A DNA stretch of 64,000 nucleotides from a virus. Made by a program: the position numbers and the translations under genes. The notes under the pieces were generated by a model, which had not been told where the DNA came from, did no database searches, and saw only the letters and a program-made list of their open reading frames with translations. The stretch covers positions 22,775 to 86,774 of the IMG/VR virus record IMGVR_UViG_3300025168_000049, one strand, 5' to 3'. Shown here in pieces: positions 58,638 through 64,000 of the stretch. How positions within the stretch are numbered: the stretch's first letter is position 1; each line of letters opens with the position of its first letter.

Positions 58638-59413
58638 AATAAATTCATTTTTAAAGGTTCTCCAAAATAATAGTTAGGATCAAAATGCTCTATTTCAGGA
58701 GACATGATACTATATAATTCTGAGTCATCTTCTAGTTCAACTGCTAATAATTGCTCTAATTGTAACTTTCGTTTAGGACTTTTAAATAATATTTGTCCAA
58801 TAGCGCCTCCTAATTCTAAGTCATGAAAATCTAATATTTGTATTTTATAATCGTTACTCATCTTAGAATATTCACCAGCTACAAACTTTTGATAATCTAC
58901 TTGGTGTCGTTCTGGAACATTAAATACAAATATTACATGATGCGGATCAATGTCAATCATTTCTTTGAAGTTGGAAAATTGTTTTAACGCTTGTTCAAAC
59001 TTCATAAATATTGGATCCATGGAAAATCTGTATACCAATACAATACAATCCCCTGTATCTTGTATGCCTATAAAAGCATTTAAAAGCAAAGACTCATACA
59101 TAAATAATGTTTTATGCGATCCTAACATAGGCATTATAAAAATTGATGACTTTGTACGTTCTGCAATTTTTAGATCGTAATAAACTATTTTTCTTGTAAT
59201 CCCTTGTTCTATGATATTGATCTTATAAGGTCGTTTTTTATGTACCAAATTTAATCCTTTCTTGTAAGATATGCCATCTTCTGTTGTAAGCTCTAAGATG
59301 TCATTTTCAGCGTCACGAATAGGGGTTATTGAATTTGTTCCTCCTGTGATTCTTATAGTCAGAGGGTCTACTACGGTGTAAGTTAGTTCTTTGCATTTAA
59401 TACCAGTCATCAT
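58634..59413 (-). CDS. Conserved hypothetical phage protein
   Basis: 259 aa, overlapping both neighbours; motif VP...DYQKFVAGEYSKMS. Confidence 0.6.
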   Translation of the reverse strand: MMTGIKCKELTYTVVDPLTIRITGGTNSITPIRDAENDILELTTEDGISYKKGLNLVHKKRPYKINIIEQGITRKIVYYDLKIAERTKSSIFIMPMLGSHKTLFMYESLLLNAFIGIQDTGDCIVLVYRFSMDPIFMKFEQALKQFSNFKEMIDIDPHHVIFVFNVPERHQVDYQKFVAGEYSKMSNDYKIQILDFHDLELGGAIGQILFKSPKRKLQLEQLLAVELEDDSELYSIMSPEIEHFDPNYYFGEPLKMNLL

Positions 59414-60149
59414 CTTTTGTAATTAATTTAGTTAATACTATATCGGGAACTTCCACTGTGTATGCTGCTGCTTCTTCTCTGGTTCTTAGCATAAATACTA
59501 AGTGAAAAGTCTCTGCAAATTTACACATTCCTTCAAAGATACCAAATTTTTCTACGTATTTTTCTATAACAAGTTGATAATGCTCTAGCATTTTGGGATT
59601 TTCATTCAGTATTTTAATAGCTGTTTTTTCTCCAACTTTAGGAAGTCCTGGTATACCATCAGTAGGGTCTCCCATCAAAGTTTGTATCCATAAAAATCTG
59701 TCTGCGTCATCTTTGGAGGTATTTATCCAAATCATTTTATTATAATCAAAATGCTTTCCAGGTATTTGTCTAAGAACATCTTTATCTGGACTGCAAATGA
59801 TACTATTATTACCTAATTCTGTTTTATGTATTGCTACGCAATCATCAGCTTCTAGTCCAGATACTGCTGTAAAATTATGAGGCTCTCCTTGTAGGTAAGC
59901 CTTCAATGCATAGAAAATAGGAGGTTTTGCCCCGTGTTTTCTATTACCTTTATAATCTCTAGTTTTAGCTATATCATATCTAAAGCATTTGCTTAATGTT
60001 AAAAATCCTGCGTATGTAGTTGTGTTTGTTTCGTTTAATATTATGTTTATTCTGTTATTTAATCCTTCTATTGCTTCCTCTAAAGTGTCTTTGCCCATTT
60101 CATAGTACATTAAGCTATCGGCGTCTATCAATGCTACTTTTTCTGTCAT
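59397..60149 (-). CDS. 5'-3' exonuclease (T7 gp6 / PolA N-terminal-like)
   Basis: LIDADS, YKGNR, LEADD, DKD, GDPTDGIPGLPKVGEKTA. Confidence 0.9.
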   Translation of the reverse strand: MTEKVALIDADSLMYYEMGKDTLEEAIEGLNNRINIILNETNTTTYAGFLTLSKCFRYDIAKTRDYKGNRKHGAKPPIFYALKAYLQGEPHNFTAVSGLEADDCVAIHKTELGNNSIICSPDKDVLRQIPGKHFDYNKMIWINTSKDDADRFLWIQTLMGDPTDGIPGLPKVGEKTAIKILNENPKMLEHYQLVIEKYVEKFGIFEGMCKFAETFHLVFMLRTREEAAAYTVEVPDIVLTKLITKDDDWY

Positions 60150-60180
60150 ATTATTAAATTTTAAAAATTAAAGGTATAAA

Positions 60181-60262
60181 GGGGAGGAATTGTAATAGTT
60201 TCACAAAGTATAACCGCTGAGTTATGTTGGGCAATAGCGCCCTTTAAATTACTAACCTCCCC
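60181..60262 (-). ncRNA. Candidate multi-stem structured RNA element between rIIB and the exonuclease
   Basis: Closing stem GGGGAGG/CCUCCCC, inner GUAAU/AUUAC, and hairpins GGGC-GCUAUU-GCCC and AUAAC-UCAGCG-GUUAU, followed by UUU. Confidence 0.45.
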
Positions 60263-60278
60263 TAATATATCCTATAAA

Positions 60279-61448
60279 TTATAGAGCGTTGTGCTCTGCA
60301 ATTTGCCTGTCAAGCTGAGCTTTAGCTTCAGATTTCTCTTCAACAGCCTTAGCTCTCATATCATCCCACTCTGCATCTGTCATTGCTGCATAAGTAGAAC
60401 TATGATAAATAGATCCATTCACACCAACTAAGGATGAATGAACAAAATATTGCTTACATCTAATAGCTCCTGTGTCATCGTCTGGCACTGCTCCGATGTG
60501 CATAGGATCTACAAAGATATTGTGAATTTCTCCACTGTAGCAATTGATGTACATAAGACCACCGATATGAAGACCTTTAACGCATGACCGTCTATCGTCA
60601 ACGTTAACCATGTCCCAATCGGCTAGTCTATGTGTACATCCCACTTTGATAAAATGTCCTGGATTAGCAAACCCATTAGGGCCTTCACAGAAGAAAGCAT
60701 TTCCACCTGAGCCCATCATAGATGGTTCAAATAATCTGTCTTCTACATGTTCAGGTAATCCATCACCTTCTATCTCACCAGTGTCAATGTTGAAAGTACG
60801 CTTGTACCTATCAACCTCTTCACCTGTTTCTGAATCAAACTTATGAAGGATTTCACTAGATACTTTGTAACCGTTGAGTAATCCCTCATGGGTGATTTTC
60901 ATTTGGTACATTGTAGCTCGCTTCGTTGCCGCTTCTTCGCTTAATCCATGGTTTTCCATAAGATCTTCCATATGTTTTGGATGAACATATTGCATGTTCA
61001 CAAAATTAAAGAATCTCGTACAAAAATCATTTCCATGTCCTTGTTTCATTTTTCTCCACAAGATTGGATTTCTTAACCATCTAGTCCACATCTTAACTAA
61101 AGGCATAAAGTCTATCTCTTTGTCAATAGAGTCAAAGATTCTATCTACTAGCGCTTGTGGCATAGGTATACTAGATACCACTCCACTGTGCTTAAGAAAG
61201 AATTCTCCTGTTCCTTTATTAACATGAATAAACTCACATTGTGTTTCAATACTTGCAGTATAATCTACAACACATAAAGGAGCAAATTCGTCCATTACTC
61301 TATTGTAGTCTTCTACTGTGTCTATACCTTGACTATGAACCTCAAGTTCTTTCATTCTTTGATACAGCTCTTTGCTGTAATCAACTGTAAAAGCTTTGTC
61401 TCCATAGCTTCCACAGATTTTGTCGTCTATTACATTAATTGTAATCAT
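60279..61448 (-). CDS. rIIB: rIIB-like protein
   Basis: ITHEGLLNGYK.V, D..RSCVKGLHIG, VDPMHIGAVPDD and IRCKQYFV; directly downstream of rIIA. Confidence 0.75.
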   Translation of the reverse strand: MITINVIDDKICGSYGDKAFTVDYSKELYQRMKELEVHSQGIDTVEDYNRVMDEFAPLCVVDYTASIETQCEFIHVNKGTGEFFLKHSGVVSSIPMPQALVDRIFDSIDKEIDFMPLVKMWTRWLRNPILWRKMKQGHGNDFCTRFFNFVNMQYVHPKHMEDLMENHGLSEEAATKRATMYQMKITHEGLLNGYKVSSEILHKFDSETGEEVDRYKRTFNIDTGEIEGDGLPEHVEDRLFEPSMMGSGGNAFFCEGPNGFANPGHFIKVGCTHRLADWDMVNVDDRRSCVKGLHIGGLMYINCYSGEIHNIFVDPMHIGAVPDDDTGAIRCKQYFVHSSLVGVNGSIYHSSTYAAMTDAEWDDMRAKAVEEKSEAKAQLDRQIAEHNAL

Positions 61449-61474
61449 AATTTGAATTTTTTTTTATTTAAAAT

Positions 61475-64000
61475 TTAGTTTGTGTTCCATATTTCTCTTG
61501 ACTTTGCTTTTAGATATATTCTAATTTCTTTCTCAAGCTCAGAAGACATTTCTGGGGCTCGTTGATTAAGAAGTTCAATTTCATCTAAAAGCGGTTTAAT
61601 CTCATCTGCAAATTCTAGTATATTATCATATTTTGCTAATACATCTAAATCTGCAGCTCTAGCGCCACTAATATCAGACAAGACAAATAACTCTCTCGAC
61701 TTTTCTTGTATTAGTTCTGCGTCATCGCATTCATTACAAAACTTTTGGAACTCATATAGTTTATCCATGTGATCAGTTATAGCTGGTGCTATATCTCTCA
61801 CATTTCTATACTCATACCTAGAGTAATTCTCATCTCGTAAATCTTTCAATTCACAATAATCCTTTTGTAATTCATCGTGTATGCAGCCTAATCCTTGCAT
61901 AAATTTAAAGTCATTTATCCTGCTCAGTTTATGCGCCGTGTAATACTTTACCAGTGAGTCATCCATAATATATTCATTGTTATCGTTAGTTTGTAAAAAG
62001 AGTTCGTCTATGTGCTTGACATTAGGGTTTTGTGTAATAAACTTAACCTTATTCATACTCACACGTATAAGCTGAGGTGTATCCCATCCTTGCTTAGGTA
62101 TAGCCCAGTCAGCATATTCACCACTATAATTAGCATATCTAACTGGAGGATGTTCATACCAATATACAGGATAATCTTGAGATTCATAATCAGTACCATT
62201 AGCATAAGAACTCATATGAGATCCAGTATAAACTTGGTTAAATCTAGGTACTATATCCCTAAGCATCTTAGCAGCTGCTCTCATCTTACCTTCATCTTCT
62301 GTAGTACAGTAGTAAATACGAGTTTTACTAGTCATAAGATCTTTAGCTTTAGGTTCAATCTTGTCTAAAGTAAAATTGTCATCTTTACGTTTATCCCATC
62401 TAAGAGTATAAGCTACCATTCTCTTTTCTATCTCTCTACGTTCTGCATTACTTAGATTAGAAAATTGAGCCTTTTCTTTTTCCATAGCCTCTTCTAATTT
62501 ACAATTATCTAGCCAGTCTTCAGGAATTTCAACATCGTCATAGCTTTTATACCACTCTGATGCTTCAATAAGCTTAAGTATAGCGTTACGTTTACGTATT
62601 ACTCTAGCCTTTTCTTTAACAAGTTTAGCTTGTGCATCACCTGTAGCTGTAGCTATTTTAGGATTAAACTTCTCATCTAGATCCTGGATACTATAAGTAG
62701 TAACATGATTTTTATGATAAGAGTCTTCTCGGCCTAAATCCATAAGATACATATCTTTATGTTGAGAAAAAGAACCTTCTTTATTATAAAAATGCTTAGC
62801 ATCAAATCCTTGCCAATCTTTAATTGCATCCCTTTTTATTTTAGTTCGCTCTTCATAAGGCTTCATGATTGTAAGACCTTCAAATAGTTTATTAGCTGGG
62901 CCATATTTAATTCTAGGATCAGGACCATATTTAGGTTTAATATCATTTGTATCAACTATCTGAGACAATTTATTAAGAATCCTATTCTCACTACTATTAC
63001 CAGTAATAACAGATCTGCAAGCATCTACCCATTTAAGAAAGTCAGTTTCTTGTAGTTCCTCTTGGATCACATCACTAGCTTCTTGTGCGGCCGCCATAAC
63101 TACTCCTTTAATGTATTTCTTAGTGGCTTCATTCCATATAACTTTCTCACGGGATGGAGTAACATCTACACCGTCTTGTAATACAGTTTCTGTACCGTCG
63201 TCGTTAACAACAACTTGACGTGCAGGACATTTGAATGCTACAGATCCATACATAGACTCCATTTCTAATTCTTTAAAATCAATGTAACCATAATTAATAC
63301 CTGTAGTAGCTCCTTTATCTTTCACAAGTACAATGTGCGGTTTATTAAAATAGTAGGAGTTAGAAATTATAATATTCTCAGAGTTATGTATTATCTCAGC
63401 TTGAAAATCAACTTTCCTTTCATATCCTTCATCCTCATTATCTATGGTTTTAAAGTTAACATTATCAAAGTACATTAATTGTTCTTCTACAGCTTCTTCA
63501 AACTTACTACGATTATGTTTCTTAACTCCAAATGATACAGTAGTTTGATTTTTAGCTTCAGTAGGAACATAGTATACTTTAGATCCATCACTAAATGTAA
63601 TAAATGGATTCTGCTGTCCAGTCTTTACATTAAACGCAGGTATAATAAAGTCTGTTTTGTAATTATAACAATTACATTTAAACCTCATACCATTGTATAT
63701 AGTCTCTATAGTATAAAAGTCTACTCCTGTTGATAATGCAGCTTTAGCACCAAGACCAAAGGCACCAAAATTTTCACTGGTATTTCTTTTCGTAGAATAA
63801 CCTAGTTCTAATATACCTTCTAAACGTTTTGCTCCAATACCTACACCATAATCAGTAACTGAAAATGTATCACAGTAGCCTAGACCTTCATTTTGTTCGT
63901 ATAACAGATCTATATGCTCTGCTACTATATCTAATGAAGCTATATTGTAATAACTTGCATCAAAATTACTATCTTCATATTGAGCACCGTGGCGTTCAAT
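61475..64000 (-). CDS. rIIA: rIIA-like GHKL/HSP90-type ATPase (5' truncated by the window end)
   Basis: The frame is open to 64000. I translated TDYGVGI...GYSTKRN...FGAFGLGAK upstream of the tracked ATG. DVTPSREKV motif present. Confidence 0.85.
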   Translation of the reverse strand: MERHGAQYEDSNFDASYYNIASLDIVAEHIDLLYEQNEGLGYCDTFSVTDYGVGIGAKRLEGILELGYSTKRNTSENFGAFGLGAKAALSTGVDFYTIETIYNGMRFKCNCYNYKTDFIIPAFNVKTGQQNPFITFSDGSKVYYVPTEAKNQTTVSFGVKKHNRSKFEEAVEEQLMYFDNVNFKTIDNEDEGYERKVDFQAEIIHNSENIIISNSYYFNKPHIVLVKDKGATTGINYGYIDFKELEMESMYGSVAFKCPARQVVVNDDGTETVLQDGVDVTPSREKVIWNEATKKYIKGVVMAAAQEASDVIQEELQETDFLKWVDACRSVITGNSSENRILNKLSQIVDTNDIKPKYGPDPRIKYGPANKLFEGLTIMKPYEERTKIKRDAIKDWQGFDAKHFYNKEGSFSQHKDMYLMDLGREDSYHKNHVTTYSIQDLDEKFNPKIATATGDAQAKLVKEKARVIRKRNAILKLIEASEWYKSYDDVEIPEDWLDNCKLEEAMEKEKAQFSNLSNAERREIEKRMVAYTLRWDKRKDDNFTLDKIEPKAKDLMTSKTRIYYCTTEDEGKMRAAAKMLRDIVPRFNQVYTGSHMSSYANGTDYESQDYPVYWYEHPPVRYANYSGEYADWAIPKQGWDTPQLIRVSMNKVKFITQNPNVKHIDELFLQTNDNNEYIMDDSLVKYYTAHKLSRINDFKFMQGLGCIHDELQKDYCELKDLRDENYSRYEYRNVRDIAPAITDHMDKLYEFQKFCNECDDAELIQEKSRELFVLSDISGARAADLDVLAKYDNILEFADEIKPLLDEIELLNQRAPEMSSELEKEIRIYLKAKSREIWNTN

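Noticed and set aside
60181-60262. tRNA or hammerhead ribozyme
   Set aside because: No TTC T-loop, D-loop GG or 7-nt anticodon loop geometry. GAAAC is present but CUGAnGA is not on the same strand.
63545-63733. 62-aa + strand ORF, and ATG 63688 as the rIIA start
   Set aside because: The rIIA frame continues to the window end with GHKL motifs, so 63688 is internal and the + ORF is a shadow.
1-64000. Stop-codon reassignment (TAG or TGA), common in some Crassvirales
   Set aside because: Giant ORFs are intact in code 11, coding density is high, and both TAG (18760, 24439, 57852) and TGA (20520, 24922) end genes at tight junctions.

Overview
The window is about 64 kb of an AT-rich, crAss-like (Crassvirales-type) podophage genome. 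The host is probably Bacteroidota, likely aquatic Flavobacteriia: starts are A-rich without Shine-Dalgarno sequences and there are TAnnTTTG promoter boxes. The + strand (1-57852) carries the virion module in crAss-type order: portal C-terminus, an inserted 909-aa effector-like protein, acidic scaffold, major capsid protein, ring and auxiliary capsid proteins, and a 2701-aa Cys-rich GCTDP-repeat protein. These are followed by fibre proteins, a lysis cluster, a metallophosphoesterase, ring/IHF-like/ring/muzzle tail genes, cargo proteins and three giant proteins, including a virion RNA polymerase (DYDID). The - strand (57898-64000) is the end of a convergent unit: rIIA, rIIB, a 5'-3' exonuclease, a DUF1599-like protein and a SET-domain protein. 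The most notable observation is a short diglycine signature, K-[F/Y/M]-x-x-G-G, often doubled as GG-[V/I]-R-K-[F/Y]-x-x-GG. It recurs at the termini and domain borders of four unrelated putative cargo proteins. In the 909-aa protein it brackets a pesticin-type muramidase module and a pre-toxin-TG + kinase module, suggesting a GG-punctuated, capsid-delivered effector polyprotein system. All family assignments come from motif recognition and synteny by eye; no database searches were run.
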